A stretch of DNA of 64,000 bases from NCBI GenBank assembly GCA_966128725.1, contig CBHYLN010000006.1:6236-70235 (forward strand). Reading direction: 5' to 3'. The notes under the pieces are model-generated. The model ran no database searches, had not been told where the DNA came from, and saw nothing but the letters and a program-made list of their open reading frames with translations. Source of the stretch: an uncultured bacterium (GTDB lineage: Bacteria; Bacteroidota; Ignavibacteria; OLB7). The position numbers and the translations under genes are program-made. How positions within the stretch are numbered: the first letter of the stretch is position 1; the number at the start of each line of letters is the position of its first letter. Below are positions 1-11,249 of the stretch, piece after piece.

Positions 1-38
1 AACGGGGCGCAGGCGCGGCACGCCTGCACATCAAGCAA

Positions 39-740
39 TTACTGGCTTGCGGCCGGGAGCGAGCCAGCCGGGCTGGAGCCCGCGCCAAGCTGCGCCTTCA
101 GCGCGGCCAGTTCGGCATCGGCATCACTGCCGGCCGAAAGCTGCTTGAACTGATCTTCCAACGACGTGTTTTCGCCCGCAAGCTGCGCGAAGGCGTCGGC
201 CTCGGCCTCCTGCTTCTCGACCTTCTGTTCCAGCTTGTCGAACTTGGAGAATGCGTCGCTGCCGACACCGGCAAACGACTGCGCGATCTGCTTCTTGGCC
301 TTGGCCGCCTGGGCACGCGCAATCAGCGTGTTCTGGCGCATGCGGGCCTCATCCAGCTTGGCCTTGATCTGGTCCAGCTGGCCACGAAGCGCGGTGGATG
401 TTGTACGAGCCTCGCCCAGCATCCGCTCCAGATCGCCAACGTTCTTCTGGATGGTGTTCTTGCGCTCCAGCGCCGCCTTGGCAAGATCATCACGCCCCGC
501 GCTTACCGCCTGGATCGCCTTCTTCTGCCACTCGTCTGTCTCGGCGGTCTGCTTGTTGTACTGGCGCTCCAGCATCTTCTCGTTGGCAATGGCGCTGCCA
601 ACGGCGATGGTCGCCTTGTTAACCGCCTCCTCCATCTCCAGCACCATCTGCTTGATCATCTTCTCCGGATCTTCAGCCCGGTCAAGGAGATCGTTGATGT
701 TGGCCTTCATGATGTCGGCCATGCGTCCGAAGATACTCAT
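39..740 (-). CDS. pspA: PspA/IM30 (phage-shock protein A / Vipp1) family protein
   Basis: 233-aa ORF. N-terminus MSIFGRMADIMKANINDLLDRAEDPEKMIKQMVLEMEE is the canonical PspA start. Coiled-coil composition; ATG (rev) at 738-740. Confidence 0.8.
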   Translation of the reverse strand: MSIFGRMADIMKANINDLLDRAEDPEKMIKQMVLEMEEAVNKATIAVGSAIANEKMLERQYNKQTAETDEWQKKAIQAVSAGRDDLAKAALERKNTIQKNVGDLERMLGEARTTSTALRGQLDQIKAKLDEARMRQNTLIARAQAAKAKKQIAQSFAGVGSDAFSKFDKLEQKVEKQEAEADAFAQLAGENTSLEDQFKQLSAGSDADAELAALKAQLGAGSSPAGSLPAASQ

Positions 741-846
741 GTTCCTTTCCTTCGATTATGTGTTGATCCAACGGTATATCACAACTGAACCGATCGCCGG
801 GCGAACGCCCGCCCTCGCATCGCGAGGCTGCATCCCCACACTGTGT

Positions 847-1383
847 TCAACCTTCGGGTACCGGCGCAAGTTCCACCAGTGGGGCCCCTTTCTCAACCGC
901 CGTCCCCCCTCGAGCAATCAGTCTCTTGACAAGCAAACGAGCCGGTGACTTGATCTCGTTTTCCATCTTCATCGCCTCGAGAATGCAGAGCGATGTGCCA
1001 CGCTCCACAATGTCCCCTTCGCTCACCACCATGGCCTTCAACAGGCCCGGCATGGGCGCCGAGATGATCTGCCCGCCGCCGCCCGCGGCACGCGTGTTCT
1101 TGCGCAGGGCAAGCAAACGCTCGTCGCGCGGGGTAACCAGGCGGACACGAACTGCCTCACCCTTCACGTACACCACATAATCGTGCTCATCATCCCCCTC
1201 CTGTACGTAGATCGGGATCGCCTCGCCATCGGCGGTGCGTCCGTTGAAGCTGCGAAGCCGCGCTCCATCCTCAACAACAGGCGCGCTGTTGGTGTCGAGG
1301 AATTGAACGTGGTGTTCGGAGACAACGGCTGCAAGTTTCAAATCACCTGCTTCAACGCTGTAGGAATTGGTAGCATCGCTCAT
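847..1383 (-). CDS. biotin/lipoyl-attachment domain protein (BCCP-like)
   Basis: The ORF track extends to 1554, but the first plausible ATG (rev) is at 1381-1383 (MSDATNSYS...). C-terminal EAMKMENEI biotinylation motif (AMKM). Confidence 0.65.
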   Translation of the reverse strand: MSDATNSYSVEAGDLKLAAVVSEHHVQFLDTNSAPVVEDGARLRSFNGRTADGEAIPIYVQEGDDEHDYVVYVKGEAVRVRLVTPRDERLLALRKNTRAAGGGGQIISAPMPGLLKAMVVSEGDIVERGTSLCILEAMKMENEIKSPARLLVKRLIARGGTAVEKGAPLVELAPVPEG

Positions 1384-1559
1384 GAATCTAACATAGAGAT
1401 TCTGCGTCGGTCGGACAACGGGCTGCGTAATTGCACCACGGCAGCATCGCGCCGCATCCGGGCAATCAGGCCGTCTGTCGCATCTTGATACCAACATTTC
1501 GTGCAAAAGGCTCGTCGGTACGGTAATGCGGCGGGGCACAACACGTGGAACCAACGATC

Positions 1560-3155
1560 ATGAAGACGCACGAGAACATAGCAGGAAACGAGTCGGACGA
1601 CCCCGACGAACGTAGCCGATTGACCTTGCGAGACCACCTGGCACGGCTGCGCAGGCCTTCGCGGCACGCGGCCGACATGCCCACCAGCACGGCCGGCGCC
1701 GCGCGCACGCATCACGGCGACCGCGGGCCGCTGTCGCCGGACCACGACGCACACGAGCAAACCACAACCGAACAAACGGTACCCGCTCCGCCGCACGAAG
1801 CGCGCGCCGCCAGTCGCAATTCGCTTATCGAAGGGCCGATAGCGCCAACCCTGTGGCGCCTGGCGGTACCATTGGCATTCGGATTCGTGATCAACGCGGT
1901 GTACTCGTGGATCAACATGTACTTCGTTTCGGGCCTGGGCGACGAGGCAATCGCCGCCATCGGGTTCTGCGACCAGATCAACCTCGTCATCTTCACGGTC
2001 GGCAGCGGGTTCGGCATCGGCACGGGCATCATCGTTGCACGGCGCGTTGGCGAGCGGCGATTCAAGGAAGCCTCGTTCATCGCAACGCAGGCCTTCTCCT
2101 TCATGGCCGTGTATGCCACGCTGGCCGCGGTGGTTCTGCATTTCCTGATCCCGTACGCATTCGAGCTTCTCCAGTTGAAGGGCGCCGTGCTTCAGAACGC
2201 GACGCTGTACATGACAACGTTGATCTTCGGATTCCCGGCGATCCTGCTGGTGTTCCAGGCCAACGCGTCGATACGGTCCACGGGCAACACCGTGTTCCCG
2301 ATGACCGTAGCCATCACCAGCGCGGTGATCAACGCCGTACTGGATCCCCTGCTGATCTATGGCCTGGCCGGCATGCCGCGCCTGGGACTTCAGGGTGCCG
2401 CGATCGCCACGGCAACAGCGCAGTGGGTAAGCGCCCTGATTGCCACATACGCGCTGTACAGTGGCCGGCTGAACTTCCGGTTGTACCGCCCCACGTTGCG
2501 ATTCCAGTGGGATATCATCCGAAGCATCTTCAGGCTGGGCATCCCCGCCTCGCTGCAAACGCTCGCGGTGAGCGTTTCGCGCGTGGTGGTGATTTCGCTG
2601 GCGAACATGTTCGGCACCGCGGCGGTTGCCGCCTATACCATCGGCCTGCGCGTGGATGTGCTTGTGATGATGCCGATCTTCGCAACGGGAATCGCCATCG
2701 AAACGCTGGTGAGCCAGAATCTGGGCGCCCGACGGTTCGACCGCGTGCAGCAGTTCCGATCCACGGCAATTCGCCAGCTCTGCGGCGTGATCGCCGCGAT
2801 GGGGGTAGCCATCTACTTCCTTGCCGGCCCAATCGCCGGGCTGTTCACCAGCGATGCCGGCGTCACGGCGCTCACGGTGCGCTACCTGCACATCGCGGTG
2901 TTCGGATACCTGTTCTTCGTGGTGGGGCACACCGCGACCCGGGCACTTTCCGGCGCGGGCCATCCGTTGCGCGCTCTGGCAATCACGTGTATCGTGCTGT
3001 TCGCGGTACAGATACCGTTGGTGTACGGATTCGCGCAGTGGTCCGACATGTCGGCCGTGGGAGTTTTTATCGGCATCACCGCCAGCATGCTGGTGTTTGC
3101 GCTGGCCGGCACGTACGCGGTGCGTGGGAAGGCGTGGATGATGAAGACGGTATAA
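1560..3155 (+). CDS. MATE family multidrug/oligosaccharidyl-lipid efflux transporter (NorM/DinF-like)
   Basis: 12-TM hydrophobic profile. MATE-typical segments (PTLWRLAVPLAFGFVINAVYSWINMYFVSGLGDEAIAAIGF..., repeated second half). The first ~100 residues are low-complexity, so the true start may be internal; ATG at 1560, GTG at 1545. Confidence 0.75.
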   Translation: MKTHENIAGNESDDPDERSRLTLRDHLARLRRPSRHAADMPTSTAGAARTHHGDRGPLSPDHDAHEQTTTEQTVPAPPHEARAASRNSLIEGPIAPTLWRLAVPLAFGFVINAVYSWINMYFVSGLGDEAIAAIGFCDQINLVIFTVGSGFGIGTGIIVARRVGERRFKEASFIATQAFSFMAVYATLAAVVLHFLIPYAFELLQLKGAVLQNATLYMTTLIFGFPAILLVFQANASIRSTGNTVFPMTVAITSAVINAVLDPLLIYGLAGMPRLGLQGAAIATATAQWVSALIATYALYSGRLNFRLYRPTLRFQWDIIRSIFRLGIPASLQTLAVSVSRVVVISLANMFGTAAVAAYTIGLRVDVLVMMPIFATGIAIETLVSQNLGARRFDRVQQFRSTAIRQLCGVIAAMGVAIYFLAGPIAGLFTSDAGVTALTVRYLHIAVFGYLFFVVGHTATRALSGAGHPLRALAITCIVLFAVQIPLVYGFAQWSDMSAVGVFIGITASMLVFALAGTYAVRGKAWMMKTV

Positions 3156-3191
3156 CGCGAACCGACCGTCCGGCGACACCGGAACTACATG

Positions 3192-3230
3192 AGGGCGAGC
3201 AACCGAACAGGTGGCTCGCCCTTTCTGTTG
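3192..3230. terminator. bidirectional rho-independent terminator between MATE (+) and mobA (-)
   Basis: GC-rich hairpin GGGCGAGC..(loop)..GCTCGCCC followed by TTTCTGTT, between convergent genes. Confidence 0.55.
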
Positions 3231-3315
3231 TGTGTCCGTTGCGTGTCCACCATTGACTGTGTATCGGTGATCGGCCTTGCACCGGGCAGTTGTCCGCTGG
3301 TGATTTCGTGTGCGG

Positions 3316-3921
3316 TCAGGTATCGGGCGGGGCCATCCCATGTGCCTCGAAATCCCGTGGCTCGTTCATGTTGCACAGTTGCGCGGCGATGTGCGGCGGA
3401 ACAACGATCCGTGCCACGCGTGCCACGGCCAACAGTTCGCGCACGGCAAAACGCTCCTGGCTGATGTGTTCCTCAATCGACCGACGGCAGCCGGCGCGAT
3501 ACAGCCCGAACAACGGTTCCGGCTGGCCGGCATTGATTGCGATTACCGCCTGAAGTGTTGGCTCGGCCGCAATCGCCGCCACGGACTGACGGTGCAACCA
3601 GGCAACGGCCTCGGCCCGCAGCAGCGGCATGTCGCACGCAAGCGCCAGAACGTCCGCACCGTCCGCCGCGGCCAGCGCGGTCACGATGCCACCAAGCGGA
3701 CCGGCACCAGGATGGCGGTCATCCACAAAGCGCACATCATCCAATCGCCACCATGTGGGCCGCCGCCGCCCAACCACAAGTACCGGCAATGCCGCGCCCA
3801 CGGCGGCGGATACGACGCGCTCAAGCATGGGCATGCCGTCGACCACAATCGCGGCCTTGTCGCGCCCCATGCGCCGGCTGCCGCCGCCCGCCATCACCGC
3901 CACGATAACGCCGTTGCTCAT
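3316..3921 (-). CDS. mobA: molybdenum cofactor guanylyltransferase MobA
   Basis: MSNGVIVAVMAGGGSRRMGRDKAAI... contains the GG.S.RMG.DKA, GPLGGI and ACDMP motifs of MobA. Track ORF trimmed to the ATG at 3919-3921. Confidence 0.75.
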   Translation of the reverse strand: MSNGVIVAVMAGGGSRRMGRDKAAIVVDGMPMLERVVSAAVGAALPVLVVGRRRPTWWRLDDVRFVDDRHPGAGPLGGIVTALAAADGADVLALACDMPLLRAEAVAWLHRQSVAAIAAEPTLQAVIAINAGQPEPLFGLYRAGCRRSIEEHISQERFAVRELLAVARVARIVVPPHIAAQLCNMNEPRDFEAHGMAPPDT

Positions 3922-4134
3922 GTTGCCATCCGGTTTGGGAATTTCATCATGTGCGGCCCAAAGTATCGCGCTGCCCGGGTGCGGCAAAATCAAACGGCGT
4001 GCGGGTCACCTTTCGCTTGCGATACAACGAATGCACGCTATTTTGCGCGCCATGTTCCAAGCCAGGCCCACCGATGCGCATCAGCCGCGACGCGTGTGCA
4101 CAACCCCCTGCAACCCAATTGATCGGCACCCCGG

Positions 4135-4629
4135 ATGATTGTGTACCTGATGCGCCACGGCATTGCCGAGGACAGTTCGGCCACCGGCCGCGATGCCGAC
4201 CGCGCATTGACGCGCGAAGGAACGCTGCGCACGGCAATGGTTGCGCGCGGGATGGCCCGAGTCTGCGGCTCGTTCGACAGGATTGTTGCCAGCACGTATA
4301 CGCGCGCGATCCAGACAGCGGAGATCGTGGCACGCGCAAGCACCTATCAGGGCACGCTGGAAACCGACGCACGGCTTGTTCCGTTCGCGCGGTTCGAGGA
4401 CGCCGCCGCGCTGATTGCCGAGAACAGCGACGTAGAACATCTGCTGCTGGTTGGCCACGAGCCAAGCATGAGCGCCTTCATCGGCGGACTGGCCGCGCAC
4501 GGCGGGCTGGCCATTCAGGTAAAGAAGGCATCGATAACCGCCATCGAACTATCGCGATTGCGCCCATCGCCAGCGGGCACGTTGCTGTGGTCGGTAACGC
4601 CCGCGGTTGTTGAACAGTTGGGGCGATAG
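4135..4629 (+). CDS. sixA: phosphohistidine phosphatase SixA (histidine phosphatase superfamily)
   Basis: 164 aa. MIVYLMRHGIAE... (RHG catalytic motif) and size typical of SixA. Confidence 0.7.
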   Translation: MIVYLMRHGIAEDSSATGRDADRALTREGTLRTAMVARGMARVCGSFDRIVASTYTRAIQTAEIVARASTYQGTLETDARLVPFARFEDAAALIAENSDVEHLLLVGHEPSMSAFIGGLAAHGGLAIQVKKASITAIELSRLRPSPAGTLLWSVTPAVVEQLGR

Positions 4630-4729
4630 GCACACCCGCGTTCGCAGCAGGCCACCACGGCCCGCGAACAACCAATCCACAAGCCGGCGCCGCCGGTGAT
4701 CACGTTCGCACAATCAACCGATCTGAACC

Positions 4730-6274
4730 GTGAAGCAAACCGAGACCCACACAACCGGCGCCGATTCACGACGCCTTAGTGCCGGCCTTCTGCCATCGCT
4801 GGGGCTGTTCACAACAACGATGATCGTTGTTGGGGCGGTAATCGGCTCGGGCATCTTCAAGAAACCCGGCGTGATGGCGGGCGACCTTATCGGCCACGGT
4901 GTCGGCTCGCCGGAGTTGCTGCTGGGCGTGTGGGCGCTGGCCGGCATCATCACGCTGTTCGGGGCGCTCACCAACGCCGAAATCGCCGGCATGATCCCGG
5001 AAACCGGCGGCCAGTACATCTACTTCGACAGGATGTACGGCCCGTTCTCGGGCTACATCTACGGGTGGTCGGTGTTTTCGGTGATTCAGACCGGATCGAT
5101 TGCAAGCATCGCGTACGTGTTTGCCGACTACTTCACCAAGTTCGTCGAGCTACCGCACCTGTCGGCCGCGGCCGAGGCATTCTCCATCCATCTCCCATTC
5201 ATCGGCGATATCACCCCGCTTGCAAACATCGGCGTGAAGGGTGTTGCCGCGGCGTTGATCATCGTGCTTACAGCGATCAACTATCTGGGCGTACGCTTCG
5301 GCGGCGTGGTGCAGAATGTGTTTACCGTTTCAAAGGTCGTGGCGATAATGGCGCTGGTTGCGCTGGCGTTCGTGCTTCCGGAGATCGGATCGGTTGCAAA
5401 CATCACAACCGCCAGCGCCGCGCCGGCAACCACCGGCTCCGGCACAACGGACACCGGCGCCCTGGCCATAGCGCTTGCGATCGCGGCCGCACTGCAGGGG
5501 GCATTCTGGGCCTACGACGGCTGGAACAATGTCACGTACATCGCCGGCGAGGTGATCCGGCCACAGCGAAACATCCCGCGCGCGCTGATATTCGGCATGG
5601 CGATCATCATCACCGTATACCTGCTGGTGAACCTGGCGTATTGTTACGTGCTGCCGATCGACGAGATGGCGAAGTCGAGCCTTGTGGCGTCGGACGTAGC
5701 CGAGAAGTTCTTCTCGGGCGGCGGCAAGTGGATCGCCGCAGCGGTGCTGATCTCCACGTTCGGCACAACCAACGGCACCATCCTGGCCAGCGCCCGCGTG
5801 TATTTCTCGATGGCGCGCCGCAACGTGTTCCCGCGCTTCCTGGGCAACGCCCACCCGCGCTATCACACGCCGGCCTCGTCGCTGATGGTGCAATGTGTCT
5901 GGAGCGTGGTGCTGTTGTTCAGCGGCACGTTCGATACCCTTACCGACACGCTGATCTTCGTAAGCTGGATGTATTACGCCGCCGGCGCGTACGGCGTGTT
6001 CGTGCTTCGCCGCAAGGAGCCCGATGCGCCCCGGCCGTATCGCGTGCCGGGTTATCCGGTGGTGCCGGCATTGTTCGTCGTGTTCGCGGTGGTATATCTG
6101 GTGCTCACGGTCTACAACGACATCGCCGCCTATCAGGATGCGGTTGCGGCAGGCAAACCGGCGATCATCAACTCCGCGTTCGGCCTGTTCCTTGTGGCGC
6201 TGGGCATCCCGCTCTACTTCTATTACCGGGCCAAGGGTCGCCGCGCCGATCCGCTTCCGGCGATCAAGGAATGA
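4730..6274 (+). CDS. amino acid permease (APC superfamily)
   Basis: 514 aa, ~12 TM. N-terminal GLFTTTMIVVGAVIGSGIFKKPG motif typical of APC amino-acid transporters. Confidence 0.75.
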   Translation: MKQTETHTTGADSRRLSAGLLPSLGLFTTTMIVVGAVIGSGIFKKPGVMAGDLIGHGVGSPELLLGVWALAGIITLFGALTNAEIAGMIPETGGQYIYFDRMYGPFSGYIYGWSVFSVIQTGSIASIAYVFADYFTKFVELPHLSAAAEAFSIHLPFIGDITPLANIGVKGVAAALIIVLTAINYLGVRFGGVVQNVFTVSKVVAIMALVALAFVLPEIGSVANITTASAAPATTGSGTTDTGALAIALAIAAALQGAFWAYDGWNNVTYIAGEVIRPQRNIPRALIFGMAIIITVYLLVNLAYCYVLPIDEMAKSSLVASDVAEKFFSGGGKWIAAAVLISTFGTTNGTILASARVYFSMARRNVFPRFLGNAHPRYHTPASSLMVQCVWSVVLLFSGTFDTLTDTLIFVSWMYYAAGAYGVFVLRRKEPDAPRPYRVPGYPVVPALFVVFAVVYLVLTVYNDIAAYQDAVAAGKPAIINSAFGLFLVALGIPLYFYYRAKGRRADPLPAIKE

Positions 6275-6524
6275 CGCGCCGACGTCGCGAATGCCCGGGC
6301 CGCGCAGAAGCGGATCACCGGAGCAACCGCTTATCGCCGGCGCGGTAACAGGAAGGATCACACTGGCCGTCACGATGACATTCGTGCGCGGCCGTGCGCC
6401 TCGGCGCAGCCATCCGGAACTGTTCGCGACGATCGCACCGGAAGGCATACGGTATCAGCACGGAACAACAGGCATCGTGCATCGCGATCGCCAGCCTGTC
6501 AGGCCCGTGAGTCAGGCCCTTGAG

Positions 6525-7874
6525 TCAGGCCCCCGGGCAGCGCAGTACCGCGCCGAAGAACGCATCGGTGCCGTGGACATGCGGATAACAGCGGAAGAAG
6601 CCCTCGGCGGTGCGCACCTCGGCGGGCACGTTGCGCGGGTCGATCGCCCAGCCGGGGTTATCCGCCAGGAATCGCGCAACCTGATCCTCGTTTTCCTGGC
6701 GAAGCACCGAACACGTGGCGTACAGCAACAGCCCGCCCGGCTTTACCAGCCTGGCATATTCGTCGACGATTGCGGCCTGCTGCACCACCAGCCGATCCAG
6801 CATCTCCGGATCGAGCGTCAGCCATGCGCCCGGGTTGCGCCTGATTACCCCGGCCCCCGTGCACGGCGCATCCACCAGCACCGCATCGAACGTACCAGCC
6901 AGCGTATCGCGCAACTCCTGATATCGCTCGTGCCCCATCACGCGAACGTTCTGGGCGCCGCTGCGCCGCAGTCGCGGCTTGATCTCGGCCAGACGGCGCT
7001 CGTTCACATCGTGCGCGGTAACCGATCCGCGACCGCGCATGATTGCCGCCAGATGCAGGGTTTTACCGCCCGCGCCGGCACAGGCGTCGAACACCGACCA
7101 GTTTGGATGCGGATCCAGCACAACCGAAAGCAACTGGCTGCCTTCATCCTGAAGCTCGAACCAGCCATCCTTGAACTCGGCGATCGCGTTGGCGTTCATG
7201 CGCCGCGCAAGGATCAGCGCGTCCGGCGCCAGAACGCCCGGTTCGGCCGCTATGCCGCGCTGGGCAAGGGCTTCGGCCAGCCGCTCGCGTGTGGTGCGAA
7301 GCGTGTTGGCGCGCAGCGCAATCGGCGCCTGCCGCCCCAACGATCCCAGCAACGCCCCGCCGTTGCTCTCCCCCATCTGCTGAAGCACCATCGCGGCGAA
7401 CCATACCGGCACCGAGTTCCGCATCGCCGTACGCTCCGGCTCCTCAAGGGCTTCAAGGCGTTCCTCACGTTCGGCCAGCAGCGCCCGGATGCGTTCAACG
7501 TCCCTGCGCTCAAGCTCCAACGCCCGCATCGCGGCCTCGGTTTCGCCCGTGGGCTCGCCGGCCTGCAACAGCCGTGCGGCCAGCAGCAGCGCGGCCTCGT
7601 GGGCGGGCGCAAGGCCATCAAGGCCCAGCAGCCAGCGCAGCGCGATCACCCCGCGCAGCACGGCGTACACCGTTTCGGCGATATAGCCGCGATCGTGCGA
7701 GCCAAGGTATCGGCGAGCGGCAAAGAACCGAGCGATCTGGGCATCGGCCGGGATTCTGGGCGCGGCCAGCACCGCCGCCAACAGTTCGTGGCAGTGCCCA
7801 AGGCGGAACGGCGTTGGGCCTGCGGCCGGGCGTGCAGGCCTTGGCGAGGAGGAGTCACGGTTCGGATGCTGCAT
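6525..7874 (-). CDS. rsmB: 16S rRNA (cytosine-C5)-methyltransferase RsmB/Sun family
   Basis: C-terminal methyltransferase core (FDACAGAGGKTLHLAA..., VLVDAPCTGAGVIRRNP, LLYATCS). The track ORF runs to 8204, overlapping tsaD by 300 nt. The ATG at 7872-7874 (MQHPN...) removes the overlap. Confidence 0.75.
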   Translation of the reverse strand: MQHPNRDSSSPRPARPAAGPTPFRLGHCHELLAAVLAAPRIPADAQIARFFAARRYLGSHDRGYIAETVYAVLRGVIALRWLLGLDGLAPAHEAALLLAARLLQAGEPTGETEAAMRALELERRDVERIRALLAEREERLEALEEPERTAMRNSVPVWFAAMVLQQMGESNGGALLGSLGRQAPIALRANTLRTTRERLAEALAQRGIAAEPGVLAPDALILARRMNANAIAEFKDGWFELQDEGSQLLSVVLDPHPNWSVFDACAGAGGKTLHLAAIMRGRGSVTAHDVNERRLAEIKPRLRRSGAQNVRVMGHERYQELRDTLAGTFDAVLVDAPCTGAGVIRRNPGAWLTLDPEMLDRLVVQQAAIVDEYARLVKPGGLLLYATCSVLRQENEDQVARFLADNPGWAIDPRNVPAEVRTAEGFFRCYPHVHGTDAFFGAVLRCPGA

Positions 7875-7900
7875 ATTGTGAGGATACCTTGCGGAGAATA

Positions 7901-8920
<1,020 letters not shown>

Positions 8921-8980
8921 AAGCGAGGCACAAGATACGAGGCCGGATGAAAGGAGCGACGATGGGGGCGTCGATCGATC

Positions 8981-11209
8981 ATGCGGCGGGCGCCGCCAGG
9001 ACGTATATTGAGCAATTCATCGGACCTTCAAAGTACACGCGTGACATCTTTTTCCGTCGGACTCGCGGCGAGCCTCTGGATCGTGTTGCTGGTGATCGCG
9101 GCAGGTTTCGCGTTCGCCGTGTATACGTATCGCACAACCGCCCCGGCTGTGGCGCCGGCGCGGCGCTGGACGCTTATCACACTGCGCACGCTTGGGCTGG
9201 CACTGTTGCTGCTTACACTGTTCGAGCCGGTGCTCAGCTTGCTGAACATCAACGCCGAACCGCCGGTTGTGGTGGTAGCGGTGGACAACTCGCGCAGCAT
9301 GACGCTTGGCGGCCAGGACTCCTCGCGTATTGCCGAGGCGTGGGCAATTGCCCGGAGGCTGGAAGGCTCGAAACTTGGGGCAACCGCACGGTTTGTGGTT
9401 GTCGCCGATTCGGTGCGCCCGCTAGGCCATCCCCTTGCGCGCGCGGCCTTCAACGCCAACGGGCCGGAGTCGCGGCTGGAAGCGGTATTTGCCTCGGCGG
9501 CGGATTCGCTTCGGCTGCACAATGTGCGCGCGGTGGTGATGCTGAGCGACGGGCGCTACAACGTTGGGGCCAACCCGCTGCAATCGGCCGAGGGGCTTGG
9601 CATGCCGGTGTTCACCGTTGGGCTGGGCGATTCGGTGCCGCCGCGCGACCTTGTGGTGGATGAGCTGTTCACCAACGAGATCGCGTACGTGGGCAGCGAG
9701 CTGCCGGTGGAGGTTCGCGCGAAGTCCACCGGATTCGATAACGGCACGGCAACCATCACGCTTCGCGACGATAACCGCGTTGTTGGCACACAGTCCGTAA
9801 CGCTTGCGCCGGGCAGCAACGAATACACCGCGAGCTTTACGTACACGCCCCGGGCCGAAGGGATCGCCAAGCTCCGCGCCGAGATTTCGCCGCGCCCCGG
9901 CGAGCTTACCGACCGCAACAACGCCCGCATCACGTACGTGCGCGTGAAATCGAACAAGCGCCGGTATGTGCTGATTGCGGGCAGCCCAAGCCCCGACGTG
10001 GCCTTTATTCGCCGCCTGCTGAGCAACGAGCCCAACGTGGAGGTGCGCACGTTCATCGGGCGCACCGGCGCGGACTTCATCGAAGGCAAGCCCGATGCGC
10101 GCGCATTCGCCGACGCCGAGGCCGTGGTGTTGATCGATTATCCAACCACGGGCGCATCAGCCGAAACGGTAAACCTGATCCGCACAAGCGTACGGGCGGG
10201 CAATCTGCCACTGTTTGTGGTGCTCGGAGCAAACACCGATGCCGCGCGTCTGAAGGAGCTGGAGGAGCTTCTGCCGGTAACCGTGGGCGCAAGCCGGCGC
10301 GATGAGATGCAGGTAAGCGCGGAGATCACCGAAAACGGGCGAGCCAATCCCGTTACCCGCATCCGGCACCCCGAGGCGTGGGCGCAGATGCCGCCCATTT
10401 ATCGCACCGAGACCACGTTGCGCGCAAAGCCGGAATCGGAGGTGCTGGCACGGGCGCGGCTTGGGGGAGCGCTGTTGGATGAGCCGCTTATCGTATCGCG
10501 GCGCCTTGGCCGCAGCCGGTCGCTGATTGTCACCGGGTACGGCATCTATCGCTGGCAACTGCTGGGCGAAGGGCCTGCAGCGGCTCGCGGCGCCGAGCCG
10601 GGCGGCGTTCTGGAGGATTTCGTGGCCAACTCGGTACGGTGGCTGGCCGTTGCCGACGAGCAGAAGCAGGTGCGCATCGCGGCCAGCAAGCAGTTGTACA
10701 GCCTGGGTGAGGCAGTCCGGATCCAGGCACAGGTCTACAACGAAAGTTTCGAGCCGGTGAACGACGCCGAGGTAACCGTTGCGATCAAAGGCCCGGCACG
10801 CACGGTGAACCTGGTGCTTGCCGCAATCGGCAACGGGCGCTACGAGGCAACGGTCAGCGGCCTGGGCGCCGGCGACTACAGCTTCACCGGCCGCGCGGTG
10901 TCCGGCGGCCGCGAGCTGGGGCGCGATGGCGGGCGTTTCGCGATCGACGAGGTGGGCATCGAGTTCCAGGAACCTTCGATGAATGCCGAACTGCTTCGCG
11001 AGCTTGCATCGCGAACCGGCGGAAAATTCTATACTGCGCGTACCAGCAATACGTTGGTGGATGATATCGTCAACCACAAGGGCTTTTCGCCGCGTTCGGT
11101 GGAATCCCGCAATGACCTTCCACTTCGGCACCTGCCGTGGCTGCTTGCAGCAGCGCTGGCGGCGTTCTCGGTGGAATGGTTCATCCGGAAACGCTCCGGT
11201 ATGTTATAA
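8981..11209 (+). CDS. vWA-domain protein with N-terminal double-TM anchor (BatA-like, large)
   Basis: Two N-terminal TM helices, then a vWA MIDAS start (VVVAVDNSRSM). 742 aa with a C-terminal TM (WFIRKRSGML). The exact start is uncertain; a GTG alternative exists. Confidence 0.6.
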   Translation: MRRAPPGRILSNSSDLQSTRVTSFSVGLAASLWIVLLVIAAGFAFAVYTYRTTAPAVAPARRWTLITLRTLGLALLLLTLFEPVLSLLNINAEPPVVVVAVDNSRSMTLGGQDSSRIAEAWAIARRLEGSKLGATARFVVVADSVRPLGHPLARAAFNANGPESRLEAVFASAADSLRLHNVRAVVMLSDGRYNVGANPLQSAEGLGMPVFTVGLGDSVPPRDLVVDELFTNEIAYVGSELPVEVRAKSTGFDNGTATITLRDDNRVVGTQSVTLAPGSNEYTASFTYTPRAEGIAKLRAEISPRPGELTDRNNARITYVRVKSNKRRYVLIAGSPSPDVAFIRRLLSNEPNVEVRTFIGRTGADFIEGKPDARAFADAEAVVLIDYPTTGASAETVNLIRTSVRAGNLPLFVVLGANTDAARLKELEELLPVTVGASRRDEMQVSAEITENGRANPVTRIRHPEAWAQMPPIYRTETTLRAKPESEVLARARLGGALLDEPLIVSRRLGRSRSLIVTGYGIYRWQLLGEGPAAARGAEPGGVLEDFVANSVRWLAVADEQKQVRIAASKQLYSLGEAVRIQAQVYNESFEPVNDAEVTVAIKGPARTVNLVLAAIGNGRYEATVSGLGAGDYSFTGRAVSGGRELGRDGGRFAIDEVGIEFQEPSMNAELLRELASRTGGKFYTARTSNTLVDDIVNHKGFSPRSVESRNDLPLRHLPWLLAAALAAFSVEWFIRKRSGML

Positions 11210-11249
11210 TAGGCGCGTGGCTGCGGCCACGAACACCGTTACCGACTGA

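Noticed and set aside
1380-3341. 653-aa minus-strand ORF antisense to the MATE gene (and similar long antisense ORFs, e.g. 4930..6348, 5330..6448, 6024..8021, 33303..34466, 35628..37283, 49989..52805)
   Set aside because: Arg/His/Gly/Ala-rich with no domain signal. These are typical open antisense frames in 65-70% GC DNA, and each is fully overlapped by a well-supported gene on the other strand.
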